Source of the DNA: an uncultured Bacteroidaceae bacterium
GTDB taxonomy: Bacteria; Bacteroidota; Bacteroidia; Bacteroidales; GCA-2748055
NCBI GenBank assembly: GCA_964539395.1
Contig: CAZIIU010000017.1
Span: 2,378 to 66,377 of the forward strand
Reading direction: 5' to 3'
DNA: 64,000 bases
Shown here piece by piece: positions 1 through 9,676 of the stretch (positions are counted from its first letter, which is position 1; each line of letters opens with the position of its first letter). The notes beneath the pieces were generated by a model. That model had not been told where the DNA came from and searched no databases. It was given only the letters and a program-made list of their open reading frames with translations. Both the position numbers and the translations under genes were made by a program.

Positions 1-224
1 TTTCGGAGGAGTACCTGGAGCGGACGGGGCTGTTTAACCCGAAGCTGGTGGGCGGACTGCTGAATAAGTTCAGGAACACACAGCAGGCGACGGAGACAGA
101 GAACATGGCGATTGCGACGGTGATGTCGGCACAGATCCTGTATAGTCAGTTTATAGAGGGTCGGCTGGAGGGGGTGGGCGAGAAGCGGCTGGTGAACCTG
201 AAAGTTATAGAAGAGATCAACTAA
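1..224 (+). CDS. 3' end of an asparagine synthase (glutamine-hydrolysing, AsnB-like) gene; the 5' part is outside the window
   Basis: The frame is open from nt 3 to TAA at 222-224. The translation SEEYLERTGLFNPKLVGGLLNKFRNTQQATETENMAIATVMSAQILYSQFIEGRLEG... resembles, from memory, the C-terminal tail of AsnB-type amidotransferases. Codons are GC-rich, like nadE downstream. Confidence 0.45.
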   Translation, partial: SEEYLERTGLFNPKLVGGLLNKFRNTQQATETENMAIATVMSAQILYSQFIEGRLEGVGEKRLVNLKVIEEIN

Positions 225-444
225 ATATTGAACTATGAGAACCCCTCATCATTGGTAATTGATTTTTCAGCACTATTTATACAGAAAGAAATGTATAAAT
301 ATATCGATAGCGAACAGTCCATTGATGAGGGCTCGCCGAACACCTTTAAATTTTTTATGATGATGTGAGGCAACAAGGCACCAGTAGTTGAAATAAAATT
401 TGTAGCTAATATGTTAATAGATTTTAAATTAAATATTTATATAG

Positions 445-1434
445 ATGGATAAGCCATTTTCAAAAGATATTATACTTCTAAAAGATGTTCCGGGGGTGGT
501 GGAGCAGATCGCAGAAAAGCTCCGGTCGGATGTGCACAATGTGATGCGCAGGTATGGCGGTGTGGTAGGCGTGAGCGGGGGGATCGACTCGTCGGTATGC
601 CTGGCGCTGGCGGCAAAGGCTTTTGGTTCTGACAAGGTGAGGGCGGTGATGATGCCCGAACAGGATTCGAGTCCGGACAGCGAGAAGCTGGCGCGGGAGC
701 TCTGTGCAAAGTTTGGTGTAGGGGACCTTTGCCTTGAGAATATGACCCCTGCGCTGGCCGGGTTTCGTTGTTATGAGCGGCGCGACGAAGCGGTGAAGCG
801 GGTTTTTCCGGAGTATGATCCGGCGACCTGGAAGATGAAGATCGTGGTAAAGCAGGGGAGCTTGTTTAATAACCTTCCGTCGCTGTTTAACCTGGTGGTT
901 GTGGATCCGGATGGCAACGAGCAGGAGAAGATGCTGCATGCGCGTAATTACCTGCAGATCGTGGCCTCGTCGAACTTCAAGCAGCGGTCGCGCATGTCGA
1001 TGCTTTACTACCACGCTGAGGCGCTGCACTTCGCGGTGATCGGCACGCCGAACAAACATGAGCAGGAGCAGGGGTTCTTTGTAAAGTACGGCGACGGAGG
1101 GGCGGATGTGATGCCGATCGGGAACCTGTACAAGACGCAGGTGTACCAGTTGGCGAAGTATCTGGGGGTTCCGGAAGGGATCATTGAGCGTATACCGACA
1201 ACGGATACCTATTCGGCTGAGCAGACCCAGGAGGAGTTTTTCTACCAGCTGCCGTTCGAGCTGATGGACCGATTCTGGTACGGGTTTGAGAACGGTTACG
1301 ATCCGGCTGAAGTGGCAGCGGTGATGGACGAAACCCCGGAGCGTGTGGTGGCTTTGTTCCTGAATTTTGAGCGACGGCGTAAGACGACGAATTACCTGCG
1401 AATGAGTCCGGTAAGGGATTATTATCAAAGCTAG
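445..1434 (+). CDS. nadE: NAD+ synthetase (PP-loop ATP pyrophosphatase family)
   Basis: 329-aa ORF with the PP-loop SGGxDS motif in VGVSGGIDSSVCLALA and the NadE-type block GTPNKHEQEQGFFVKYGDGGADVMPIGNLYKTQVYQLAKYLGVP. It is GC-rich and casts an equally long antisense shadow ORF. Confidence 0.85.
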   Translation: MDKPFSKDIILLKDVPGVVEQIAEKLRSDVHNVMRRYGGVVGVSGGIDSSVCLALAAKAFGSDKVRAVMMPEQDSSPDSEKLARELCAKFGVGDLCLENMTPALAGFRCYERRDEAVKRVFPEYDPATWKMKIVVKQGSLFNNLPSLFNLVVVDPDGNEQEKMLHARNYLQIVASSNFKQRSRMSMLYYHAEALHFAVIGTPNKHEQEQGFFVKYGDGGADVMPIGNLYKTQVYQLAKYLGVPEGIIERIPTTDTYSAEQTQEEFFYQLPFELMDRFWYGFENGYDPAEVAAVMDETPERVVALFLNFERRRKTTNYLRMSPVRDYYQS

Positions 1435-1560
1435 ACTACAGCCTAAGCACCAACAAAATGAATGCATTTGACTATTTTTTCGAGCATACAGCTGATTTAG
1501 AGAAGAAGTTTTATATCGATAAAGAAGCTTGAAAGTCCAACCGGATTTTTTTTCAATCTG

Positions 1561-1568
1561 TATTTTTG
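1561..1568 (+). promoter_or_regulatory. Candidate Bacteroidota-type -7 promoter box (TAnnTTTG)
   Basis: TATTTTTG lies about 105 nt upstream of the ATG at 1673. There is no clean -33 TTTG partner. Confidence 0.2.
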
Positions 1569-1672
1569 CTAAATTTCGAAAATAAATGTATACAATTGTA
1601 AATTGTAGGGACCTTATCCAATAGTCAAGGCTTTTAACGCTTAAAGAATTATTATTTTAATTAAATCAATCA

Positions 1673-2443
1673 ATGAAGTTCAATAATAATGTGAGGGTAA
1701 GTAATAGTGCCATAATTGGTAAAAATGTAAAAATTGGAGATAATACTGTTATTTATGATAATGTAGAAATTGGAGATAACTCCATTATTTGCAATGATTG
1801 TATAATTGGAGAACCTTTAAATGAATACTATCATAATGATAATTATATCAATCCAAAATTAATCATTGGCAGCGGGGCACTAATCAGAAGCCATGCCATT
1901 ATCTATGCCGGTAGCAATATCGGAGACAGTTTTTTAACAGGACACAGAGTGATGATCAGAGAAAGTACAAAGATTGGTAGAAATTGCAATGTTGGTAATT
2001 CTGCTGATATACAAGGATTTGTTTCGATTGGAGATTACTGTCGCTTATATAATAATGTAATTATCGCACAGAAGTCTGAACTAGGAGATTTTGTATTTAT
2101 GTATGCATACTCAGTTATCACGAATGATCCACATCCACCCTCAGACGAACTACAGGGCGCAAGTATTGGAGACTATAGTCAGATAGCTGTTAATAGTGTG
2201 ATTGTTTCTGGTGTAAAGATTGGACAAAACTGTCTGATTGGAGCTAACTCATTAGTTAATATGCCTGTGGCTGATTATTCTTTAGTTGTTAGTCAGCCAG
2301 CCAAAACACTCATGGATATTCGAAAATTTATAGTAATGGGTGGTAAAGGAAGATATTACCCCTGGATGTACAATTATAACAAAGGTATGCCATGGGAAAA
2401 TATAGGTTATGACAAATGGATTCAGAACAAGAATAATATTTAA
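1673..2443 (+). CDS. Hexapeptide-repeat (left-handed beta-helix) acyl/acetyltransferase
   Basis: 256 aa with repeated hexads, e.g. IGKNVKIGDNTVIYDNVEIGDNSII and IGDYSQIAVNSVIVSGVKIGQNCLIGANSLV. Confidence 0.75.
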   Translation: MKFNNNVRVSNSAIIGKNVKIGDNTVIYDNVEIGDNSIICNDCIIGEPLNEYYHNDNYINPKLIIGSGALIRSHAIIYAGSNIGDSFLTGHRVMIRESTKIGRNCNVGNSADIQGFVSIGDYCRLYNNVIIAQKSELGDFVFMYAYSVITNDPHPPSDELQGASIGDYSQIAVNSVIVSGVKIGQNCLIGANSLVNMPVADYSLVVSQPAKTLMDIRKFIVMGGKGRYYPWMYNYNKGMPWENIGYDKWIQNKNNI

Positions 2444-2554
2444 CATGTGTTTGTTGTATCCGTCCTACCAAGTAGGTCATAGGATTTCCAGGGGTTATTC
2501 AGATATTTGTGGTATGTTAGGATTACAGTTCAATACCGAGGAGAAGGCACTTTA

Positions 2555-3343
2555 CTAAATTGCAGTCCATCCGCCATCTACAATAAGATTTTGGCCTGTT
2601 ATATATTTTGCTTCACCTGATAACAAAAAGGATACTGCAGGGGCTATATCATCAGGGTTCCCCATCCGTTTCATGGGCACTTTTTTTTCATAAGCCTTTA
2701 CAAATGGTTCAGGTTGGTTATCAAAAATTCCACCAGGTGAAACACAATTGACTCTTACATTGTGCTTGCCATAATATGATGCTAGATATCGTGTAAGATT
2801 AATGATTCCTCCTTTTATGGCCGAATACGCTGCGGGCGATGTCATTTGAGTACCTTCGTAAACAGTAAAATCATTTCCAACAACACCATATGTAGAAGCT
2901 ATATTTACAACACTTCCGGATCCTTGTTTCTTCATTATCTCCAACACAACCTGACTTAATATAAAATGGCTGTTCAATTGCCAGTCCATATTATTTCTTA
3001 ATGATTCAGGTTTTATATCTTCAAAAGCGGAGCCCCAATCCTTTGTTCGTGGATAAGCATTATTAACCAGCCCATCAATTCTTCCAAGTTTTTCAGTAAC
3101 ATGATTAACTGATTCAGTTAATGAAATATCATTAGTAATATCACATTCAATCTCGGTAATGTTATCAACACCAGATGCGTGAATATCAAAATTAATTACT
3201 AATGCTTCTTTTCTTCTTAAATCTTTAAGAATTTCCTTACCAATTAGGCCGGAACCACCTGTAACAATAATTACATTGCCATTTAAAATACTCATATTTA
3301 ATAATTTAACGTTTATTTTATTTGAATAATCAAATATTACCAA
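2555..3343 (-). CDS. Short-chain dehydrogenase/reductase (PtmA-like SDR of nonulosonate loci)
   Basis: Contains the TGGSGLIGKE Rossmann motif, NNAYP, and YSAIK (YxxxK). The true start may be the internal Met of MSILNGNVIIVTGG (nt 3295). Confidence 0.8.
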   Translation of the reverse strand: MVIFDYSNKINVKLLNMSILNGNVIIVTGGSGLIGKEILKDLRRKEALVINFDIHASGVDNITEIECDITNDISLTESVNHVTEKLGRIDGLVNNAYPRTKDWGSAFEDIKPESLRNNMDWQLNSHFILSQVVLEIMKKQGSGSVVNIASTYGVVGNDFTVYEGTQMTSPAAYSAIKGGIINLTRYLASYYGKHNVRVNCVSPGGIFDNQPEPFVKAYEKKVPMKRMGNPDDIAPAVSFLLSGEAKYITGQNLIVDGGWTAI

Positions 3344-3350
3344 GCCATTT

Positions 3351-4055
3351 CTATTGATGTTGGAGATATTTAATCATCTGTTCTGCAATAATAAAATCAA
3401 CTTCCCTGTCAATATCCACTGCTATTTCAGGGGAAGTAATTAACGGATAAAATCTATCATCCATAGTTAAAATTTTATTTTCCTCCATTACCAATCTGGT
3501 TTTAAAACCATAGTATTGACCAGAAAGTCTGTATCCGACTAACTGTTTTTGTCGGGGTAAAAAGGGATTAACTTCTTCCAGTAATGGTTTTACTATGCTA
3601 TCGTTTATAACCCAAATTCTTGATGGTGGAGTAGCTGTCTCGCATAAAGAGGCTACAGAATCATAACCTTTATCGAGCGCATTAATTGCAGCTTTTAATT
3701 CAGTTTTATTTCTCAAAGGCGATGTAGGTTCAAGTAAAAAAATGTAATCTGGTTTAAAATTATCTTGCTCCAACACATTAACAGTGTATTTAATTGCGTC
3801 AACAACAAGAGAATTATCCTCAGCCAGATGAGATGGCCTTTTTATAGCATCAATATTATATTCCTTAGCCCGGGAGCAAATTTCATCAGCATCTGAAGAA
3901 ATAATAATTCTATCAAAAACTCCGGAATCAATAGCAAATAGTATGGTGTGGTCAATCAATGGTAAACCTGCCAGTTCTTTAAGATTTTTCCCGGGAACGC
4001 CTTTTGAGCCTCCTCTTGCAGGAATTATGGCAATTATACTTTTTTTATTAATCAT
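3351..4055 (-). CDS. neuA: Acylneuraminate/nonulosonate cytidylyltransferase (CMP-sugar synthetase, NeuA/LegF-like)
   Basis: 234 aa with the N-terminal signature IIPARGGSKGVPGKNLK. It has a 4-nt overlap with the upstream gene (4052..4055). Confidence 0.85.
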   Translation of the reverse strand: MINKKSIIAIIPARGGSKGVPGKNLKELAGLPLIDHTILFAIDSGVFDRIIISSDADEICSRAKEYNIDAIKRPSHLAEDNSLVVDAIKYTVNVLEQDNFKPDYIFLLEPTSPLRNKTELKAAINALDKGYDSVASLCETATPPSRIWVINDSIVKPLLEEVNPFLPRQKQLVGYRLSGQYYGFKTRLVMEENKILTMDDRFYPLITSPEIAVDIDREVDFIIAEQMIKYLQHQ

Positions 4056-5119
4056 ATTTTAAGTTTCTCTATGGCTTTTTTATACTCAATCCATTCACCG
4101 GTATCTGTCCATGAATTTTCACTGATGGGATAGATTCCTATTTTATGAGTTGATTTAATTTTTTTGATGAGATCTGTAATATGAAAAAACTCATTCTCAG
4201 GAATATATTGAAGAACTTTCGGATTTAATACATACATGCCTGTGTTCACAAGCAAATCGTATTCGGGCTTTTCTGTAAGATTGGATAGTGAGCCTCCATT
4301 GCTGATTTCACAAACTCCATATGGAATGCGGTAATTTTTCATAGATGCAACCAGGGTGATATCATTTCCCCTTTCCTGGTGATGTTTTAATAAATCGAAA
4401 TAATCTGCATCAATGATTATATCGCAATTTGTTAAAAAGATCTCTTTGTTAATCTTTCCATCCAGTTGCTTTAACGCTCCAACTGTACCAAGAGGTTTAT
4501 TTTCTATCAGATAATTTATTGTGTAATCAGGATTCAATTCTTCTAAATACGATCTGATGATTTTTGCTTTATGCCCCAGAGATATATAAAAATGATTCAG
4601 TTGATAGGGTAAAAATCTGTCAATAATAAATTCTAATATTGTCTTATTCCCGATTGGAATAAGCGGTTTTGGTAAAACTATAGTAAAAGGATCCAGGCGG
4701 GTGCCTTTGCCTCCGGCCATAATAACAACTACTGCATCAATTTTTTGTTGGATTTTTCGGACAATCTGACCATCAAATAATTTATCCCACACCAAAAACT
4801 CTATAATATTTCTTTTAGAATCTACTACCGGAACATGGGATATTAGTTTGTCTCGAATTTCTGTTTTGATTTTTTGACGGTCATAGCCGGCTTCAGCATA
4901 ATAGGTGTCTTTAAAACAGACATCTTCAACTCTTGCGGTTAATGGACCTTCATTTAGTATCCATCTGCGGATATCGCCATCCGTTAAGGAACCAAACAGG
5001 CGTGTTTGATCTTCTACAACGAAAAGAATTTTCTGCTCATTTTCGTCCAATTGCCTTAACGCTTCCTTTATAGTCGCGGATTTATGAATCAATAAACTTG
5101 GAAAAAGACTTTGCTGCAT
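4052..5119 (-). CDS. CBS-pair plus sugar-1-phosphate nucleotidyltransferase (PtmE-like)
   Basis: 355 aa. The N-terminal part is CBS-like (LFGSLTDGDIRRW ... VPVVDSKRNIIEFL), followed by MAGGKGTRL (the GxGTRL motif of NTP transferases). Confidence 0.8.
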   Translation of the reverse strand: MQQSLFPSLLIHKSATIKEALRQLDENEQKILFVVEDQTRLFGSLTDGDIRRWILNEGPLTARVEDVCFKDTYYAEAGYDRQKIKTEIRDKLISHVPVVDSKRNIIEFLVWDKLFDGQIVRKIQQKIDAVVVIMAGGKGTRLDPFTIVLPKPLIPIGNKTILEFIIDRFLPYQLNHFYISLGHKAKIIRSYLEELNPDYTINYLIENKPLGTVGALKQLDGKINKEIFLTNCDIIIDADYFDLLKHHQERGNDITLVASMKNYRIPYGVCEISNGGSLSNLTEKPEYDLLVNTGMYVLNPKVLQYIPENEFFHITDLIKKIKSTHKIGIYPISENSWTDTGEWIEYKKAIEKLKI

Positions 5120-5162
5120 TTTTGATATTTTTATTTCAAGTTGTAACTGTTTAGCTTTTACT

Positions 5163-5170
5163 CAAAAATA
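5163..5170 (-). promoter_or_regulatory. Candidate internal -7 promoter box (TATTTTTG on the minus strand)
   Basis: The plus strand reads CAAAAATA, the reverse complement of TAnnTTTG. It lies 44 nt upstream of the start at 5119, inside a 223-bp intra-operon gap. Confidence 0.25.
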
Positions 5171-5342
5171 AAGAAAATCCTGAGGTTTAAGAATCAATAC
5201 ACCAATATAACGCGGATATTTACACGATTCTGTAAAAAGTATAAATGACTGAAGTTTTCTGATTGATATATTGTCTATAATGAGGCAAATAAGTAAAAAA
5301 GTTATATATCATAGCCTAAGGGCGATTCGACCAGTCAAACTG

Positions 5343-6398
5343 TTATTTTGCGTCTTTTTGTCTAGTAATTGAAATTAATGGTGATGCCTGATTAGCAATT
5401 TCACTTTTGGGAATATCGTTTGTATCTAGACGCGGTAATACATACTTGTTATGTTTATTCAAATCTGCTATCTCTGAATTTATTGTTAATGCAAGTTTAC
5501 AGTTTAAATTATTTAAAAGCTCTATTGTTGTTTCATTATAGTTACCATGCGGGTAACACATGGTCCATTTATTCATATTACATCCTATTTGTTTAAGAAA
5601 ATCCAACGATTGTAAAATTTCATTTTTTTGTTTTTGTTTTGACAATGTACCCAAATGATAATGATCATAGCCGTGGCTACCAATATGCATTCCGTTTCTT
5701 TGCATACATTTTATCTGCTCAACATCCATGTATAATTCGCGACTAAAATACTTCTCTTCAAATCCGACAATTTTTTCAAATAAATTATGGCTAATAATTT
5801 TACGAAGTTTTTCTTCCAGTTCCGTCTGAAGCAAGCGTTTAACGAACATTACCTCACCGGTATCAAAGCGACTGGGTTTAGCAAGTTTTTCAAAATAATG
5901 AGAGTTGCTTTCCAGTTTATAATCACTTCTAAAGTTATCTAACTCCGTGAAAATAAGACCGATAAGATTTTGTGTATTTTTTTCTGCTGCAAGAATAAAA
6001 TGAATTTTATTTACATCCAGGACTTCATGCTCTGTTATTGCTTTTACCGGCGGATAGAAAGATCCTTGTATTTTATATTCATCAAGAAGCGGAAAAACAT
6101 ATTGAAAATGATCTTTATACCCATCATCAAAGGTAAGTAATGCAGAATGCGCTGGCAAAGACTTTTTGTTTTCAATGGCATCAATAAGCAATTCCATTGT
6201 AATAAAATGATAATGTTTTTTAAGGTATTTGATCTGACCCTTAAAATCCTTAATATCCAATCCTTTTATTTCAGGATATCTACTATGTTTAAGATCTCTC
6301 ACATAGTGGTAGGTTATGATGCTAACCTTATTCTTGCCGACCATTGATTTTTTCGATATTTTTTTCAGATAAGTTTTATCAATCCTTTTTTCTCCCAC
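5343..6398 (-). CDS. Polysaccharide deacetylase (NodB/CE4 homology domain)
   Basis: Contains LLTFDDGYKDHFQYVFPLL (TFDDG motif) and MHIGSHGYDHYHLG (His motif). The likely true start is the internal Met of MVGKNKV (nt 6344), which removes the 34-nt overlap. Confidence 0.75.
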   Translation of the reverse strand: MGEKRIDKTYLKKISKKSMVGKNKVSIITYHYVRDLKHSRYPEIKGLDIKDFKGQIKYLKKHYHFITMELLIDAIENKKSLPAHSALLTFDDGYKDHFQYVFPLLDEYKIQGSFYPPVKAITEHEVLDVNKIHFILAAEKNTQNLIGLIFTELDNFRSDYKLESNSHYFEKLAKPSRFDTGEVMFVKRLLQTELEEKLRKIISHNLFEKIVGFEEKYFSRELYMDVEQIKCMQRNGMHIGSHGYDHYHLGTLSKQKQKNEILQSLDFLKQIGCNMNKWTMCYPHGNYNETTIELLNNLNCKLALTINSEIADLNKHNKYVLPRLDTNDIPKSEIANQASPLISITRQKDAK

Positions 6399-7645
6399 TT
6401 CAACAGATAATCTTCACAAATAACAGGATCAAGAACAAACTGTTCAGCAAGCATTTGAAGGGATATCGGGAAGTTACAGGAAGAAAATAATTCCATCAAT
6501 GTTCTTAAATGCATAGCTTCTTCTTTAACACTGCCAAGTTCCTGCTGACCAATACCAATATCTATGTAAAGATCAAATTTCGGATTGGACACACAAATAT
6601 TGCCTTCAAACTTCTTAATAATGACCGGATCTTTCTCTAATCTTTCTATGGCTTCCATGATAACTGAAACCGATTGCTCAAGTGCATCTGCACTTATTAT
6701 TTCAGGATTATCGCGGTCTGTATGATACTCGGGATAAGGAAACCTTGAAAATGAGGAGACCGGAATGTTATAGCCTGCAAACATATATTCTCCGTTTACT
6801 ACTACACGTCCGTATAACTCATGTCGGTGATCAATCTTTCTTTCTTCCAGCACCTGCTTTATAAAGTATTCTATATTGGTCATCCCTTTTGGCGCTGATT
6901 GCAATCCCAATTGAGTTTCCGTTCCAAGCATCTCCAGAAAAATACCTTCAAAAATATTGCTGTTACAGTTTTTGGCAAGATAATATTCCGCACCGATAAT
7001 TTCATGGTGGAGCAGCAGGGAATAGGAGAACTTTGTTTGTTTATTTGCCAATCTCTTCATTACTTCAACACCCACTGCACATCCCACAAGGTCATCATTG
7101 GACATACCCGGATGGTCGAGATGAGCAGCAAATAATACGGTGTCATCAAGCTCTCCTTTGTGCGTATATTCAAGTACTTTCAGATTACCCTCCGACTCAT
7201 CTGTTTTTATTACTACATCATAATCTCCATCTTGCAATGAATCATAGAAATTCCTGGGTACACAAAATCCCCAGTCTCTATCCCAACTTCGGTAAAGTTG
7301 ACGAAAATGGTATGGCACAGCGTCTGGAAACCTGGCATCATAATGAAGGTGTTTTTTAAGTTCTTCCCGGCTTATTTTTCCTTCAAAGGGAAGAGAAAGA
7401 GCAATAACTCTGAGTGGATGTTCTTTACCATCATATATAATCTTACCATCTTTCATAATTTTTGCTTCAATCACATCCCATCTTGGAGGTATTACCCAGC
7501 CATTGATTTCCTGATCCGGTGTATAGGTGTGAACCTGGAAAGGGAGTATGTTTCCAAGATAATCAATGGAACGATCATAATCATCTGAACAAAAAACCCT
7601 GTTGAGGTAAGTTAAATCGTGTATAATATTCATCATAACTGACAT
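6365..7645 (-). CDS. Aminopeptidase-like (M28-fold, DUF4910/DUF2172-type) protein
   Basis: 426 aa. AAHLDHPGMSNDDLVGCAV looks like an M28-type metal-ligand region. I recall the family as recurrent in nonulosonic-acid loci. The assignment is from memory only. Confidence 0.45.
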   Translation of the reverse strand: MSVMMNIIHDLTYLNRVFCSDDYDRSIDYLGNILPFQVHTYTPDQEINGWVIPPRWDVIEAKIMKDGKIIYDGKEHPLRVIALSLPFEGKISREELKKHLHYDARFPDAVPYHFRQLYRSWDRDWGFCVPRNFYDSLQDGDYDVVIKTDESEGNLKVLEYTHKGELDDTVLFAAHLDHPGMSNDDLVGCAVGVEVMKRLANKQTKFSYSLLLHHEIIGAEYYLAKNCNSNIFEGIFLEMLGTETQLGLQSAPKGMTNIEYFIKQVLEERKIDHRHELYGRVVVNGEYMFAGYNIPVSSFSRFPYPEYHTDRDNPEIISADALEQSVSVIMEAIERLEKDPVIIKKFEGNICVSNPKFDLYIDIGIGQQELGSVKEEAMHLRTLMELFSSCNFPISLQMLAEQFVLDPVICEDYLLKWEKKGLIKLI

Positions 7646-7709
7646 AACAAATTCATTTGGTTTTAGTGTAATATGGAAAAAAAAACTCTTGTTCTGTGAC
7701 AGATTGTAA

Positions 7710-8639
7710 TTATATCTGGATGTCCGTAAGTTTGACTTCTTTGTTATTCCTGGCAGACAAATTCCCGGCTATTAAAACTTTCATTATATTTAAAGTCTTT
7801 TGAGGGGATATAACCGGTTTTTGCGTGTTGATCATTTCCGCAAAATGCCAAAGGGCTCGTCGAAACATGGAAAAGTTATCTACGACTTCATGAGTTGAGA
7901 TCAATTTTTCACCCATAACATCAACCCTGAAGATCTTCGGCACATTGCCCATAGTATTTATCTCAACCTTTAGCCCATCAGACATGGTAATGATAACAGA
8001 ACGAAATTCGGTGTCAAGTGCAAGGACTGTCTCAGGATCAGTATTCAATAAACCCATAACAGCTTCCACCATATGCACGCCATATTTTTCCCAAGAGAAC
8101 AATACAGTACCCCGAATGAGTTTCAACTCTCCATAAGAATTTAGATTTCCCCGAACTTCATCCAGTTCTTTTGCAAACCTTAATCCCGAGCAAGACATAA
8201 GCTTCCCTTCTTCAAGAAAAGGTTTGAAGTAACTTAATTCTTCAGGATCCATAGCCAACGGCTTATCTAAAAATACCGATAGGCCTGCATCGAGAAAAGG
8301 TTGAGCCATTTTTTTGTGGTTTTCAAAGTCATCTCTTGCAATGATTACTGCATCAACTTCTCCGATCATTTCTTCGTAGTTATCCGGAGTTTTTTCAATG
8401 AATGCTGAATCGCATAATTTTTTTGTTTGTTCTTTATCCTGTGTCCAGGCATGCGTTATCTTCAGATTTTGAATCCCAAACTCCGACCGATCCCTTATCC
8501 TGACATAATTATATATTCCATCCCAGCCAGATTTTGCCAGGCCTTCATCAGAATAGCCATTTATTATTGATGAGAAAGAATACGGGTGTCCGTTTCCTTC
8601 ACTCATACCTATTATGCCTACTTTAACAACACTGCTCAT
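7710..8639 (-). CDS. Gfo/Idh/MocA-family oxidoreductase
   Basis: 309 aa with an N-terminal Rossmann segment VKVGIIGMSEGNGHPYSF and DAVIIARDDFENH. It has a 4-nt overlap with the upstream SDR gene. Confidence 0.7.
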   Translation of the reverse strand: MSSVVKVGIIGMSEGNGHPYSFSSIINGYSDEGLAKSGWDGIYNYVRIRDRSEFGIQNLKITHAWTQDKEQTKKLCDSAFIEKTPDNYEEMIGEVDAVIIARDDFENHKKMAQPFLDAGLSVFLDKPLAMDPEELSYFKPFLEEGKLMSCSGLRFAKELDEVRGNLNSYGELKLIRGTVLFSWEKYGVHMVEAVMGLLNTDPETVLALDTEFRSVIITMSDGLKVEINTMGNVPKIFRVDVMGEKLISTHEVVDNFSMFRRALWHFAEMINTQKPVISPQKTLNIMKVLIAGNLSARNNKEVKLTDIQI

Positions 8640-9385
8640 GATATAACTTTTTTATAACGTTTATCGGCTTTTCCTTCAAGCCATTGTATTCCTTCAAGAT
8701 TTGGAAACAATGGAATTTCATACCCAAGCCAAAAGAATTTTCCAGTCGGACCATCTTTTTCTGATTTCAAAAGATAATCCACAGTAGGATGACAAACAGA
8801 AGGATCCATAGGTGCGTCAGGCGCCATATTTGATCTTACCGGTCCCGGGCTCATGAGGTTTATTTTAATGTTATGGTCTGCATATTCTCTTGCAGCCGTT
8901 ACTGTAATTGCGTTTAAAGCCCCTTTTGATGAACTGTACATGGCAAATCCCGGGAAACAATTCAACGGAGCTCCTGATGTGATATTGATGATCCGTCCAA
9001 AGTTATTCTCCTTCATAGCCGGTAAAAACTGTTGCATGGCAATCATCGGAGCAATGGCATTTACATGCATGAATTCTATCAACTGATCGTATGTGATATC
9101 TGGCAACTCCACTCTTTTGTTAACACCGGCATTATTTATCACATAAGGAATATAACTATATTTTTCAGATAATTCCCTGAAAAGCTTGCTACATTCTTTC
9201 TGATTTGATAAATCAATTGCAAAACAACTGATATTTTGATTGTTCCCAAATAGTTCTTCGAGTTTGTTTTTATTTCTGCCGAGAGCCAATATGTGGTAGC
9301 GGTCAGCATATTGATTTACCAATGAGAGTCCCACACCGCTGGTAACGCCGGTGATCAAAAGATAGGGTTTGTTGTCTTTTGTCAT
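8636..9385 (-). CDS. Short-chain dehydrogenase/reductase
   Basis: Contains LITGVTSGVGLSL (TGxxxGxG), INNAGVN and YSSSKGAL (YxxxK). Confidence 0.85.
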   Translation of the reverse strand: MTKDNKPYLLITGVTSGVGLSLVNQYADRYHILALGRNKNKLEELFGNNQNISCFAIDLSNQKECSKLFRELSEKYSYIPYVINNAGVNKRVELPDITYDQLIEFMHVNAIAPMIAMQQFLPAMKENNFGRIINITSGAPLNCFPGFAMYSSSKGALNAITVTAAREYADHNIKINLMSPGPVRSNMAPDAPMDPSVCHPTVDYLLKSEKDGPTGKFFWLGYEIPLFPNLEGIQWLEGKADKRYKKVIS

Positions 9386-9444
9386 AGATTTTTTTAAGAT
9401 TTAATTTTAAGATTAAAAAAACAAGCAACTATTTTGCTGTTTTC

Positions 9445-9452
9445 CAAAAATA
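9445..9452 (-). promoter_or_regulatory. Candidate internal -7 promoter box (TATTTTTG on the minus strand)
   Basis: The plus strand reads CAAAAATA, 60 nt upstream of the start at 9385, inside a 290-bp gap in the minus-strand operon. Confidence 0.25.
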
Positions 9453-9676
9453 GAGAATATATTGGGATTATCTAAAATTTTACTCCAATTCAGTGCGGTT
9501 GGTTAAAATTAATGATTAAAATTCAACTTAACCAGTGGTCCTAAATTTGGGTAGTATTATCGTAGGCTGTAGTTACTGATATGACTTGTAAAGTTACGAA
9601 AAAATGACGGGTCATAGGAAGCTGGACAGCAAGCGTATTGGTTCGAAAGAGACTGGTTTCAAAATCGGATTTTTTC

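Noticed and set aside
445-1434. The possibility that this PP-loop protein is LarE, the cofactor-synthesis partner for the LarA-like gene at 9677..10903.
   Set aside because: Beyond SGGxDS, the sequence carries NadE-specific blocks (GTPNK...YGDGGADVMPIGNLYKTQVYQLAKYLGVP). It also lies in a compositionally different segment, 8 kb away and on the other strand.
478-1467. 329-aa ORF on the minus strand, exactly as long as nadE, plus ORFs 429..635 and 470..709.
   Set aside because: These are antisense shadow ORFs of a GC-rich gene. The translations are Arg/His/Leu/Pro-rich low-complexity sequence with no motifs, whereas the plus-strand frame has clear NadE motifs.
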